Position numbers and translations under genes: made by a program. From Antedon mediterranea (taxonomy: Eukaryota; Animalia; Echinodermata), in assembly GCF_964355755.1 (NCBI RefSeq), contig NC_092672.1, positions 9,548,001 to 9,612,000 on the forward strand: 64,000 nt of DNA, given 5' to 3'. Of the stretch, positions 29,701 to 44,700 are shown piece by piece. Each line of letters starts with the position of its first letter. The stretch's first letter is position 1. The notes beneath the pieces were generated by a model. It did no database searches, was not told the DNA's origin, and worked only from the letters and a program-made list of their open reading frames with translations.

Positions 29701-32700
29701 GGACCTGCCAATTGGCAGATGACAAGGTAGACAAGGTAGACTAGGCTAGTAGTACAGGCTAGCCTAGGCCTAGTCGTAAAATGGTTCCGAACCAACTTTA
29801 GGCCTGGTTAACTAGGCCCGGTGTCATTAAATACTATGTGGATTTTGGCGAAACATTGATGTAAGATTTATGATTTATAAAATGTAATACATTTTTCAAT
29901 AGTGATAACTTGTTTTATAGGCCTATAGGTGCCGTGTAAGTAACTTTTTCGTTGTTTATTGATCTCTCCGGGCGATATTTTCATATTGTGATGTCTTGCA
30001 CAAAATCGCCAATATCTCGACTTTCTTGCGCGAAACTACGAAAAACTAAAAAAGTGGGTTACTTTTATTTTACTATTACGATTTACATATTGCGATTTGA
30101 AAATCATTCTTGGTACCATTGTAAAGCTAAACTCTTTATGCTTATTTTAGTCTAAATTACATATAAATCAGATCACATACTGTACATGGTTTCAATCAGC
30201 TTTAATAAAAACATCGAATTGGGATAAAAACGCTGGCGGTGGCAGTTTCTAACTGGAAAACCCTCTGGCAGTCAAAGTGTTAACAAAAACAGTCAGAGCT
30301 AACAGTTACTTAGTGCATTAGTTAACTTATAATGTGTACTGCAGTTAGATTACTTTTTACCTGCTGTTGCTCAAGACTATAGTATTACAATTCTTATAAC
30401 AAGTATTGTTATTGTTAAATAGGACTACAAAATTACATGAACAAAGCTATTCTTTTTATGTCATCAGCAGCAGTCTGTTTTACCTCCTTTCTTGTAAAAT
30501 TGTTGAATCCGGTCAATTCAATGCAACTCGCCACATCTCAACATCAACTAAACAGGCTTAAGTGGGCTAGTAGTAGCATTTAAACTAGTGAACTACAATT
30601 AAATAGTCTAGTGGGCTAGTCAAAAGAACAATACAAAGGTTTCCATCATATTGATATTATAATTAGCTCAGTTTTTCATGCTTACCAAGCAGGTCCTTGA
30701 GACCAAAGATCTGCGAGATCAGTATCCCAAATGTTACTCCTAGCTGGTTGAAAACACCAACACCACCTCTTAAATCAAAAGGTGCAATTTCTGACAGGAA
30801 CATAGGAACAATACCTGTATTAATACCTGAAACAATAATTTAATAATAATACAAATAACCACAATGTTGGAATTATTGTAAATAAAATATAAATTCATTA
30901 TATAATTAATAACTGCAAATGTTATCTTTCCCATGAATAATGCATTTTGTTGTTATTCTTCTAGGAAACATTATCATTCAACATTTTGATTAGTCATGTA
31001 ACTTAATATGGAGTAACATATTTTTGTATTGAGTTTTTTGCTATAGCATTTTTGATAACAACAAGGTGGTATTGGGTTGCATATACTGTAGTTATGCTGG
31101 AAAAAATTCCTATGCGATTGATTAGACAAATCTAAAAGTAATGGAATGCATTCGAAATTTATTAAGTTTTGCTGATCATGATTTCATTTTGCTTTTAATA
31201 CAGAACGTTAAATGACTTGAATGAACAACAAACACAAAGCAAGATATCTGTTATTGAACGATAAGCAAATTTACTCCGAATAAATATTGTGTGATAAAAT
31301 GACTTGACCTTCATTCATTCATTATTTATTCAATAGTATGTAGGCCACTGGCCCAAGTACAATAATAGAAAATAATACATTTATCAAATTTAAGAAGTAG
31401 TAGTAGTAGTAACAGCAAAATAATTAGTTCTCTTTTTATATGCGAAAAAGGCAAAAAAGACCTTAGGCAGGCATTGACAATCATGAAAAATATGAAAAAG
31501 CATAGCTCTGTTGTGTCTAAAAAAAAGTTAAGAATACAGTTTCTATTTTTATGCAGGGATGTCACCACGCTGGTCGGCCCCGACCAGCACTCAACATTTC
31601 CGACCAGGATTTACAGGCTGCCGACCACCACTATTATTATTAATCATTACGATATTTATATTAGGCCTAGGCCTAACTAAAATTCGTACTAAAACATTTT
31701 ACCTAGCACATCGTTAATAACAGACAAGCTAGCCTCATATAGATAAGACAAAAGACTACAGCAAATGTTTCCGTGGTTACGTACGTTACTTTATTTGTAA
31801 CACAATACCAGGCCTACCCTGCCCTGGTATTCATTGTTACAGCTTGTGAGTCATGGCGAACAATGTGCTACACAGCTAGCACAGTGTACAAGTTTAAAGT
31901 TCACATAGCGACCATTCAAGCGTTTTATTTTGCACAGATTAAAAATACAAACAAGTACGCAGTAGTTAAAAATGTACAACTACATAGACAAAATAATTTT
32001 TAATTGCTGAATGTTTTGTCACCCTGCTTTAATTATAATGTTACTAGTTTTACATTTTTGTACTCTACGAACTATTAAAAAAAATAAAAAAACATGCGCA
32101 TGGTTCAGTGAGACCGGGCAAGTTCGTTCGTTAATGATCGTCGAGCATGGTACAATAATTACACGTCCCTGGATAACTTCAGGTTGCTGAACTTCAGTTA
32201 ACCCATAAACACGTGTCTGTTCTTGCCGGCCATGCAGTACATGCTTGCCGCACAGTTGTGAAACAAAAAATCCGGAATTCGCGAATACGCTAAAAAACTC
32301 TCGCGCAAAAGAACACGAACATTATATCGAGCAACAAGTAGTATAAGGTCTAGGCTAATAATTTATCTACAGTATTTGATTAGGGATTAGGCCTAAATAA
32401 GGAAGCGCCTGTTTTTGTGGAATTCAGATTTTGGGGCATCTATCTAAGCCTTGGCTAGGCCTAGTAGTGGTCGTAGTGTCTACCAAGGCTAGGCCTAAGC
32501 CTGACGCGATCTATTGCTATTCATTTCGTATGCGTTTTTTTGTTTTCGCGAATATTAACGGCGACTCCCCGGTGGTACAAGGTTAGGCCTAGACCTGACG
32601 CAATTTGTTGTTATTTATTTTCATAATTCTTTATGTTTCGCTAAAATAATGACAACCCCCGGGGTGGGTGTATACCACTCCCCCCCCCCCCACCCCCGGG

Positions 32701-35700
32701 CGGAATTTGCCGACTAGCACTCCAAAAAGCTGGTGACATCCCTGTTTATGGAAAGTGTAAAGGAATGCCATACTGCCATACACATTGCCCGGGTAATCAA
32801 CCATTTGGCCCCTTATAATATATCCACTTGTTTCGTGGGAAAGTCACCCATGAATAGAGGATGTCCCACAGAAGAGATTCTACTGTAGTGTATGCGCTCC
32901 AGCTCAACATGCATGAATTTGAATTGCAACATACACGCCATGGATAATCTATTGGCAAGTTAAATTCAGTTGACATAAAGTGCTCACATCCACTTACTTT
33001 TCAGGTCATCAAAAGATAATAAAAAATGTGTGCATTTCAATACATTATTTAAAAAGAATTCTATCATTTCGTTATACATTGTATTATTAATTGTTTATTA
33101 TACTGGTATTTTTTTTTGTAACACACCCGAGTGTTTTCTTGCCATTTGATTGGTTAGTAATTACACATCACATTATTTATATGGTGATAATTAATGGTTT
33201 TCTATGCACATTCAACATTTTGATTTATTTTTTAGATAAACTTTTGTGTTATAATGTATTTATGCGTTAGGATAAATGGTTTTATTCCATTTTTATCAAT
33301 CTCTGGACTTTCTACACACCATTGTAGTGGAGCAGTAGCTTGGTGGTTAACGAGAGTGCCTTCCAATCCCAGGGTCTGGGGTTCAATCCTGACCTAGTGC
33401 CAGGGTTGTAACTCAATACTCTTTCAACTCCACTCCCTAAGCCTCAAATAAGACCTAGTTTATAAGCACGATAAATTATAAAATAGTTTATCCATCCTGT
33501 AATTGGTGAGTTTGTGTTTGCTGTTGGATGTGTATGAAATTAAAAAAAAAAACAACGAGGTATTGATGAGCTGGTAAGTAAACTTCAGAGATTTGTTTGG
33601 TAATGTGAAAAGGGTATGGTAGTAGTACAGTACAAGTCAAACATGCACTATCAGCTCCTAAAAATGAAAATCTGAATAGTGTGTTTATCAATAGTTTTTT
33701 ACTAGACATGACAGTGCAGTTTTCAGTGTTTGTGAATGATTTGTGAATGAAAGTGTCCACTCACCAAATTATACAATGTTTGTTGGGTATATTGTTTCCC
33801 TAACCTTGTTTGTTTACCAGCTTAGTCAATGAATGAAAAACATACCACAATTAATTCCGATCACGAACCGTCCAATGATAAGCATTTCACATGAGTTTGC
33901 TTGTTTGCTGAATCCCATGAAAAGGGCTCCAATCAGTGCCAACACGTTATTCAGCAGTAAACCACGTTTCCTGTAAAAACACAATTAATATATCATTAAA
34001 TATTTGGCAGCCATCACTCAATAATTGATCTCAAATTACAATTCACTAGTGGCGCAAATGGGCTTCGGTAATTAAATTAGTAATCTAACAATTATTAAAA
34101 CAAAATATATATACTGTACACCAATCTGCAGACAGTACTGTTTTAATCTAATTAGATTTAGTCGGTGGAGCTCATGGTTTCAAAATGAAATATATTTTGT
34201 GTTATATGTGAGTGAGTGGCCGAGCGGTTAAGACAGTGGAACCTTAATTATGTAGCCATAACATTGGCAGGGGTTCGAGGCTCACTCACTCCATGGTTCT
34301 GGTGGTAGAACGAGTCTTCTCGAATAAGGACTATAAACCGTAGGTCCAATGTACACATCTAGCTCGTGTGCACTTTAAAGAACCTAGTACATCTTTGACT
34401 GAAGAGGTTACCCAGTATAAATATATATTTCAATTCAATTCAATTGTTGTATTGTAAAATCTGGAATACATTGAATTGAATGAAAATATATTGTAATTTA
34501 TGATCATCTGAACGCTTTTTTATGTCATCTATCATGATTCTAACAATAGTTCTGTATATAGACCTAGTTCACACAAACAGACTGTAACCTAGCCTAGGTT
34601 CTAGACCGTGTTTCAAATATATTATATTATCCAAAAGAAAAATATTTCAGCATATGGCATGTTTTGAAACCAAGAATTTATTGTACATACGATTGTCGTA
34701 TTTATTCGAATAATCGCCTTGCTTTGAATAAACACCCACCTCGAATAATAATCATTTAACAATTTGCTTAAAGATGATGCCGCATATAATAAAACAGATC
34801 AACAAGTTGAGTTCCAATTTGTACAGAACACACTTGGTAACCAAGCGCCATTATGGTTTAATTTGATCTAAGCAACAGTTTAGCACAATAATTTCAGAAA
34901 ATTACGTTACAGTAATTGAATGTTCTCTTTTTTGTTTTGTTCACATAAGATCACATTATGGAATATTACATAGAATTCTGAATGTGAACCTAGCTAATTT
35001 CGGTTTAAAATGACCTCAATAAAGCACAGTATACTTCATATCAAATGGAATCAAAAGAACATCTTTGTATATTGTAGATAATTAATATTAATAAAATGTA
35101 TTTTACAACAATATTTTAAAGTAGTTTTTTACTTGTTAATGCTTTGATTTTATCTGTAGGAAGCTCTAAAACACTTCCACCACTAAACACCCTGGGCCTC
35201 TGTATTACCAAATTAATCATCCTTTTCAGTAGGAGTGAGACAAATTTTAAATGGCATTCTCAAAACACTGTTTAAAAACTATTTGATCTTTAACCAAGTG
35301 GTCATTGTTGTGCAAGTTTAAACACAATTTACTATTATGTTAATTGACCTTGTTATTTAAACTTGACTGCCCTTTTTAACGACTTGGGAGCACACATTGA
35401 TTTTGGGTACAGTACAACAATACAGGCTATAACATCAAACCGAGTTAGCAAGAGTTTGATTTGACATACTAGCTAAAAAAAATCTTAAAAACTTTTAAAA
35501 AGCTAAGTACAGTATTATCACCCTTTTCGTTTCACTATTGATACTGTATATTCTGGATTTAAATCGTCACTCGATCTCAATCGATGGATCACCTGCAACC
35601 AACGTAACCTGTTAACGTGGTCAGAAAAAATAATAATCTTAGAAAGACACGCTTATATAACCTTTATTGATTTAATTATGCTATCTGATTTTATAGCCTG

Positions 35701-38700
35701 AAGCTACACAAAAACAAGTTATATAAATCTAAAATAAGGCAAAAGTCATGGGATATAAAAAATTATATAATTCACTCAGAAACCATTTATAGTATCCACT
35801 GATAAAAAAGTGTAGTGCCAATAAATTATTATTATATCCAATCAGAACTAATCATTAAATTAAACATGCATGATAAAGTTTGGCTTTTTATCAAAGAATA
35901 ATCACTGAATGGAAGAGCTTTTTAGACAAAACATAAATATTCAAATTGAATGCAAACTAAAAAAACGTGCTGGTATAACACAAAATCTCTCCAGATTGGT
36001 TATGTAATTATGTAGATACAGTAATATACTGTGTTGTCATAATATTATGTATCTGATTTCCTGTGGTTAGATAAAGGATGTTTCAGACTAGGTCTGCTTA
36101 ATTTATGAGCCAATCAGAATAGTATAATTTTGGTGGGAAACTTTTGGAGGCAACATTTGATCCTCCTCAGAAGACCCTAATTTGCATGTCAAGTATAAGT
36201 AGTAAAATGTTATAGATATTAGAGGAGAAGAGAATATAAGGGTATGTTCAGACTCACGGAGTTACGGTGGAGTTATCTACGCAAGGCGTACGGTAATCCG
36301 TGGCGTTAAAAGTCAAGGTGTTCAGACACAACGATTAGCATTCCAAACGTCTTGCGTTTAAAGCGGAAGTTCCGTCATACCGAAACGGCCGATGGGATAC
36401 ATACACACAATAACAACAACAGAGCTGAGAGTGACACGCGCGAAAGTTTACAACACTACTAGGCCTAGCAATATAATACAATGGGGGTACCTTCAAATGT
36501 AATGGTTTTTTTGCCGATTTTTGTGCAAATCCTTACAGAAAGATAGTAATTTCGAACATAATTATTACACGGACAATGACTTTGCCATTATTTGTATGAT
36601 TTTAATTAATTTTGTGAAATATGTCGCCGACGCCAACTTCGTCAGGAAGAATTTTGCAGTTTAGATGCAATTTCTTTAAAAACAGCCATCTTGTTGCCGG
36701 CGCTAGCTTTCCAATTTCTAATTTCTATCTTGTCTATAAATTCAGGGCTGCCCCATAATGAAATCAAATCAGCCACTTCTGTACTTTTCCATGTAACACG
36801 TTTCATTTTAATTCGAATGTTGCTGTTGATCTACTAGCTCGAGGAATAGGCTATAATATTGTTTAGCGAATAGACTGCTGCTAATTGAGGTCGTGTCTTT
36901 TCATTGGCTGACGTTGACCGGAGGTTGAAATAACTGATGCATCAATGGATTAGCTTTATGAAATCTACCCTCTCCCGCTGGAGTTATTAACGCCACTGGC
37001 GCGGAGTAACAGCTCCCTAACGCTAATCCGCGGCATGGTTCAGACACAAAAATATGTACGCCGTGTACATAACTCCACCGTAACTCCGTGAGTCTGAACA
37101 TACCCTAAGATGATAGTAGAAAGTCGTATAGAGAAAAAAGGTCTAGTCTGATAGAAAGTTCTATTAATTCTGAGTTACAAGAAATAAAAGTTTAGTTGAA
37201 TACAGTATACTTTTTGTACAGTACCAGCGAGAATTACTGCGCCTTTTTGGACGCGACGGACGCGTCGAGTGTCCGTCCAATTTGCGTCCACGACGCGTCC
37301 ATTCATAAACTAAACCAATGATTTGGACGCACTTTCGTCGGGCGGGCCGTGACCTCGCTACCTGAGTCTGTTTTTGTTATTGTTCGCGACCGTATTCATA
37401 TTCAAATGACATCGGAAAACTAAGCCTGACTGTTGAGCAGGGTCGGCTGTATTGGTGTTTGTTTATAAAATACTTTCACATTCACAAACAATATAATTAA
37501 AAAATAAATAAAGTTAGCCTACGACTTGTGTGTGTTGTGTTTATTTTTATCTGCCGAATAATTCGTCCAAAAAGCCAGTTTCGTGCGAAACTGTGTCTAT
37601 ATCCATCGCTAGCCCGCCGTGTGATCTAGCCGGCCGGTTCACTGTCTAGCACGTACACCACCGCCTGAGATCGGCCTAGCGTACTCGATCAATAATCATC
37701 GTCATGATACAGTATATTTTGTTCATATGAATCATTTTATGGAAGAATATTTTTTTAATAACGAGGCCTCTATTTCATGTTGAATTATTGATATGATCAT
37801 AGAGAAATAAGTTATATTTAAATGTAATATGATGAGTTAAAACTGTGAAAGAAGGCTCAACAAAATCATGTAGCCTACAGTATGTACTGTACACTGTCAA
37901 TTTATATCTCCATGGTCGTCATAGCGCGCAACAAAGAGCACGTGATATTTTTCTACTCCCATTGGATCCCAGCAATATTGCAACCATGTTCTACCGCTGC
38001 TGAAAAAGCAAGTTGATGACGTACAGTACAACACTAGGCATTCTGTGTACGCTTTGCTTATAAATATTAAGAAATATTTTTTTTACGCTATAAATAATGA
38101 TGTTCCTCTCTGATCATGTTAAGATTACAGTGTTTGTATAATTGTAATAATGACTGTAATAATATTTTTTTAGTTAATGTTATTTTGTACCAATTTTGGG
38201 GTCTAAGCATAGAGATATAGTGAAGTTCACTATAATATCTCTATGCTTAGACCCCAAAATTGGTACAAAAAAACAAGGGCGGGTGTTAGAATTTGATACA
38301 CTGAATAGAAAAAGACAATAGGATACGGAACAACACAAAGGCATTAAGGCTTGGTACAAAAGCGATTTAAAACAAAAAAGTCAAGGGCGGGTGCTAGAAT
38401 TTAATATAATGAATAAAAATAGGTTGAGGATATTATATAGTGTTACAAAACTACATGTACTGCACCATTTTTGTCCATTACAATGTGTCGATTTTTTAAT
38501 TAGTATATAAAATTCATTGCTTCGCTCGGACAGCGAAAGCAAACTATTTTTCACACACTCGGGTCGCCGAACGGTCGAGTTAGGTAAATATGCTATCACG
38601 TGGTTTTACTGCATGGCAGGCACACGTGGTTTCAGCACTGCATTTCCCGCAAGTCTCGTTCGGCGGTTTCTTTTTAGGCGGCGTGCCAAAGAAGTTGTTT

Positions 38701-41700
38701 GACATTCGATACTCACAATTCATTGCTTCGCTCGGACAGCGAAAGCAACATATTTTCACACACTCGGGTCTAGTCGCCGAACGTTCGAGTTTGGTAAATA
38801 TGCTATCACGTGGTTTTACTGCATGGCAGGCACACGTGGTTTCAGCACTGCATTTCCCGCAAGTCTCGTTCAGCGGTTTCTTTTTAGGCGGCGTACCAAA
38901 GAAGTTTTTTGACATCCGATAATAATTTTACTCACAAAAAATCAGTCTTTCTTGCCCATATAGTAAGCTGTAGTACTAATGAACTGGTATCTATACGCAC
39001 TTATTCATTAATTCGTTTTTTAGAGGTTTTTTTTTGCATGTTATTAACTACTGATAGTCCCCTGTAGTATAAAATACATTTCGTTTAATACAGGTTTTCA
39101 CAGGTTTAGAAAACATCGTACAGAATATAACTGTAGTACAGTAACAATGCGGAGCTTTTGTTTACGTTAACACCGGCGTGGTTAGCTCCCGGTTAGCTCA
39201 AACACAAAGGACGTTGGTCTAAGGTCAAATCACGTCAGACGCGTCGATATAATGGACGCGAAGTGGACGCGTCATGGACGTATTCATGCCGCGTCTGCCG
39301 CGTCCGAATTGGGCAGTAATTCTCGCTGGTACTGTATGTGGAATCATTTTGGCAGTCAGTGTACGGTCTCTGGGATTTAATACGCCAGAGAAAGCATACG
39401 CTCGGAACCGACTATAAAACCCACTACATTTGTGAACTAAAGACTTTTAGTTTTAGGCAAATATTTTGTGGAGTTATAAACACAGAAGACATTTCTCTAT
39501 TGTATTTCTAATATTAGGTATCCCAATGAAAAAATTCAGATTAATTTTTTTACATTTTCTTTCAGTTAACCATAAAGAACTTAATGTAATTAGCATTTTG
39601 CAATTTAAATGATTGAAATCCGATTACCCGTTCTAAAGTTATGGTTATTTAAAGTGGTAAAAAAATATACGATTTTTTGCCTAAAAATTGTGTTTTTTGC
39701 AGTTGAAATTGGAAGCATTTTTAAAAGGTTATAACTTTTACAATAATTAGTTAAAAGTTTTGAATTTTGTTAAACCTATAGATATCACAGAGTTGTACAA
39801 CTCTATTTTTTTTGGAGCCTCAACGAAACCTATTTTTTAAATTATTGGTCCGCAAAGTGGTAGGAAAGCATTTAACGCCCATTTTTGCTGGAATTCCCTA
39901 AAAAATGAAAAAACTGCAATTTTTCAATGATCTGTAACTTTTGAACTACTGTACTAATTCATTTAATTTTTTTTGTACTTGTTAGAATGTAGTGTATATT
40001 TCATTAATAAATATATTTTAGATGTGTATATGAAAAAAAAATTTTTTTTAATGGTGAAATTTAAAATTATAAAAAAAAAAAATGAAAAAGTATGTTAAAA
40101 ACGGTGTGTACCGTTTCCTTTCTTTTACACTAATTTTCGGTAAGTATAATTATTAGAATATTTTAATATACTTTATATTTATAATTTCAATCATAAATAC
40201 TATTATTTATAACTTTTGAATAAGTAAAACAAGATTTTAGGCCCATATGATTATGACACCAAATCTAAGCCGGGCTGCTATAAGTAAGATATGCTCTTTT
40301 AAGGCAAACGCACAATATGGGTCAAAATAAACTCATTTAAAATAATCAATGTTAATTAAAACAATTAATTGTTTACCTGAATAGTATATATAACATTATA
40401 AAAATTGTTTTCTAATCGTATTATTACGTTATTAAATTGAAATACGGAGCTAAAGTTTAGGCCAAGTCACGGCTTACTCGCGATCAGTAGTCGCTCCCGT
40501 TAAAGTATTTCGGTTGCAGTTAATGACTTTCGGCCGCCGTATACAGAGTCAAATGTAACGTTGGTAAATTAGCTTAATAAATTTCCTCGGTACATTTTAA
40601 TCTAACGCATTTGCATTGTATACTTGCATAATAAATCTTCCGCACATTACATCAATTTTAAGTTGTTAAATTAATGTGTAAAACCAGATATTCTACGACG
40701 GAAAAGGACATGTCAATCTCCGACATCGCTGCTGTCACACATCTCGCGTTGAGCCGGTCGAACTCGAGCGAGGAAAACTAAACAACGTGTTCAAAATATG
40801 GAACGTACCATTCGCTGATAGGGTGCATTAATGTATTTAACGGAAAACGCCACAACAAACACCCGCGTATTTTAGAGTACAATATTTTACTAACTACAAT
40901 ATTCACCGGATTATAATGGTTGGATCTTTAAAATTTTGAACGGGATTTACGCCTCATGCACCATTTTAAAATGTAGTTCGCACAATTACCATGCACAATA
41001 CGTTTGTAAACTATGTTTTATCGATTTCAATGTAGATTTAGCTATAATTTAATACCAAAATCCATAATATTTTTCCATAAACGGTGAATCAAAATTGGAT
41101 TTTTGTCACAAAAATTGACTTTTCGTTACGAAAAACCTATTTATAGAAGACGATTTTCGTATCAAATTAAAGCTTATTTAAAGCCTGATAACATACAACA
41201 AAAATTAATCCGCTAGCTCCAATGGTAATCGTGCGATCGTGTTTTGAAAACTGATGGGGATTTTCCGATGAGGTTTTCAACGCGCGGAAATCGGCTCGAT
41301 GGGATTTTAGAACCGTTTTAAAATCGCATTTTCTCGGCAACTAATTCATTAATTTTAATTATAAACACACTTATACATAGATTAAAACAAGTACTTTCAA
41401 ACAATATAAATTTTGTAAGTATTAATTAAGATTGAATACGATTTATTTAACATCAAAGTCATACTACTTTTTCGAATTTCGTCAATATTTCAAAAATGAT
41501 ACCCCTCTGTGCGCTTTCATTGGGATACCTACTAATATATTTCATTTCAATTGTTACAAATAGTTTGTTTTAAATAAATTTAAATGTTGTTGTATTTTAT
41601 TATTGCCAAAATTGTAATTTACCATAAAATATCTGTTGGGTTTTCGATATGGAAGGGTTGATCATTTATCAAAAAGTTCACAAAAATCCAAATTGATTTT

Positions 41701-44700
41701 TTGAAATATAAAATGTTAAAGTTGCAATGTTAATTTTAATGGTAAATAATTTCAATATTTCACATTTAAACATTCTCTGTTATCTTATAAAAATATATAA
41801 AAAAATATCTGTTGTTGCTAGTGAGTGAGTGTGGCCGAGCGGTTAAGACAGTGGAACCGTAATCCAGAGCCATAACATCAGCAAGGGTTCGAGGCTCCAT
41901 GGTTCTGGTGGTAGAACAAGTCTTCTTGGATAAGGACTATAAACCGTAGGTCCAGTGTACATCTGGCTCATGTGCACTTTAAAGAACCTAGTACATCTTT
42001 CGAGATTCCCAGGTGTACTAGTTCATACATACACACTGTCGTAGACAGACGTAATGGTGCCGTAGTTGGCTGCCGATGACACGGTGTGACCCTTAGGGGA
42101 GAAGAATGTTGTTGAAAAGATGTAACAGTCCACATCACCTTTGATCACTAATTGTTGCTGGAATTGGCGCTTTACAAATTCGTATATATTATATTATTAT
42201 TAGTAAAGTTGGGTTTGCTGTACACCATGTGTTTTTAACTAGGTTTAATATTCGCCATGCAAATCTGCAAAATGTAAAATTGGTGTATGTGTGTATGTGT
42301 TGAAAACGTAATTACCTTCCCAACCGGTTAGCCATAGGTCCAGCTGTGAATGAGCCAATCATACCACCAATAGCAAAAATAGCGACGGTCGTAGACCACA
42401 GGAAGTCCACAGTGTCTTCAGATAGCAACTTGTTAGTTCTGTCATAATAACTTTCATTTATCCAGTCTGTAATAACCTTAAAAATAATATCTATTAATTT
42501 AAATATTTATCAATTTTCCTGCACTATTTTCACATTTGAAATACACAAGTAGATTGTGATTAAGCACGATTTCATAGATACATTTGCAAAACATTTTCTG
42601 GAGAGAGTTGGGATGTTATTCATATACTGTGATTGGTCGGTTAAATACCAGGGCAACAAATAGAGAGTAAACAACTAAAAAAAACTGGCCTCTCGCTGGT
42701 ATGTTTTGTTTTTCCATAAAAAGAAATGTTTTTTTACACAAAATTGCTTTCACTATTGATTACAACTTAAAGTTCACAGTTCAGAAAATGGTATCCACAG
42801 TATAACTGTGAAAAGGGTATTATAACTGTGAAAAGGGTATTATAACCGTGAAAAGGGTATTATAACCGTGAAAAGGGTATTATAACCGTGAAAAGGGTAT
42901 TATAACCGTGAAAAGGGTATTATAACTGTGAAAAGGGTATTATAACTGTGAAAAGGGTATTATAACTGTGAAAAGGGTATTATAACTGTGAAAAGGATAT
43001 TATAACCGTGAAAAGGGTATTATAACTGTGAAAAGGGTATTATAACTGTGAAAAGGGTATTATAACCGTGAAAAGGGCATTATAACCGTGAAAAGGGTAT
43101 TATAACTGAGAAAAGGGTATTATAACCGTGAAAAGGGTATTATAACTGTGAAAAGGGTATTATAACTGTGAAAAGGGTATTATAACCGTGAAAAGGGTAT
43201 TATAACTGTGAAAAGGGTATTATAACTGTGAAAAGGGTATTATAACCGTGAAAAGGGTATTATAACTGTGAAAAGGGTATTATAACTGTGAAAAGGGTAT
43301 TATAACTGTGAAAAGGGTATTATAACTGTGAAAAGGGTATTATAACTGTGAAAAGGGTATTATAACTGTGAAAAGGGTATTATAACCGTGAAAAGGGTAT
43401 TGTAACCGTGAAAAGGGTATTATAACTGTGAAAAGGGTATTATAACTGTGAAAAGGGTATTATAACCGTGAAAAGGGTATTATAATTGTGAAAAGGGTAT
43501 TATAACTGTGAAAAGGGTATTATAACTGTGAAAAGGGTATTATAACTGTGAAAAGGGTATTATAACCGTGAAAAGGGTATTATAACTGTGAAAAGGGTAT
43601 TATAACTGTGAAAAGGGTATTATAACTGTGAAAAGGGTATTATAACCGTGAAAAGGGTATTATAACCGTGAAAAGGGTATTATAACTGTGAAAAGGGTAT
43701 TATAACTGTGAAAAGGGTATTATAACCGTGAAAAGGGTATTATAACTGTGAAAAGGGTATTATAACCGTGAAAAGGGTATTATAACCGTGAAAAGGGTAT
43801 TATAACTGTGAAAAGGGTATTATAACTGTGAAAAGGGTACAGTCAACTCTCCCAATACCGGACTCTCCCAAAACCGGAATTCACGAAAAACCGGACTTTT
43901 TTGGAGGGCCCAATTTGTCCCTATTCTAAATGTACTGTAATTTATTATGAAAACCGGAATACCCAATTCCGGAATCCGGACAAATTATGAAGTACAAAAC
44001 ACGAAAATTAGCGTCTGAAAACCGGACTGACGGTTAAAAAACTCCAAATATTTACGAAAACAACGTAACATCGTCGTCGCTGACTCGGATTCACTACATT
44101 CACAATGTACAAAAGCTTTTAACCATACCCTCACCGGCCATGCATGAAGTGCGCGACGTTTCGCGGTACGATCAAATAATGTTGCCATGGAGCGCTACAC
44201 TGTGATTGACAGGTCAGTTCATTGTTAACCCACGAGGCGGCAATTGCTTTGTTGCGTATCGAACTGCGGTGGGCTTTTTCACATCGAAGCGCTATGTCTT
44301 AATGTCTATTGTTTTTAGCAGGGAGTTGTTAACAACTCCCTGTTTTTTAGCATATGATTTGTTTTTTAATAAAGTTAAATTTACATTCCTGTGTCTTTGT
44401 TTTGTTTAAATTATTGTTAAATTCACAATTGCAATAGGACTTTAAAAAGGAATGTTTCACTAAAAACGGGACTAAAAATGTGCATCATTATAAATTTGGA
44501 AATCATTATGGCAAAACGTAAACGGAATGAACTTGACTTAACTAGTGTTAATAAACTTTGAAATGTTACCAATTAATTATTGTGTCATTATTGCTTGGCT
44601 CGTTTACCTAATCAATTTTCATCATTGCTATCAAATTACGTCAAAATAAAGGAGCTTAAAAAACATGTGGTCTAGGTGTGGGCGTTTTTATTTGATTATG

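Noticed and set aside
30484-30547. Possible poison or alternative GLUT exon ([11 protein letters not shown])
   Set aside because: Only weak AG/GT signals, as expected by chance in AT-rich introns; unsupported without RNA data.
34208-34290. tRNA gene (also at 41830 and 33325)
   Set aside because: A and B boxes are present but there is no cloverleaf, and the sequence continues into a repeated SINE body.
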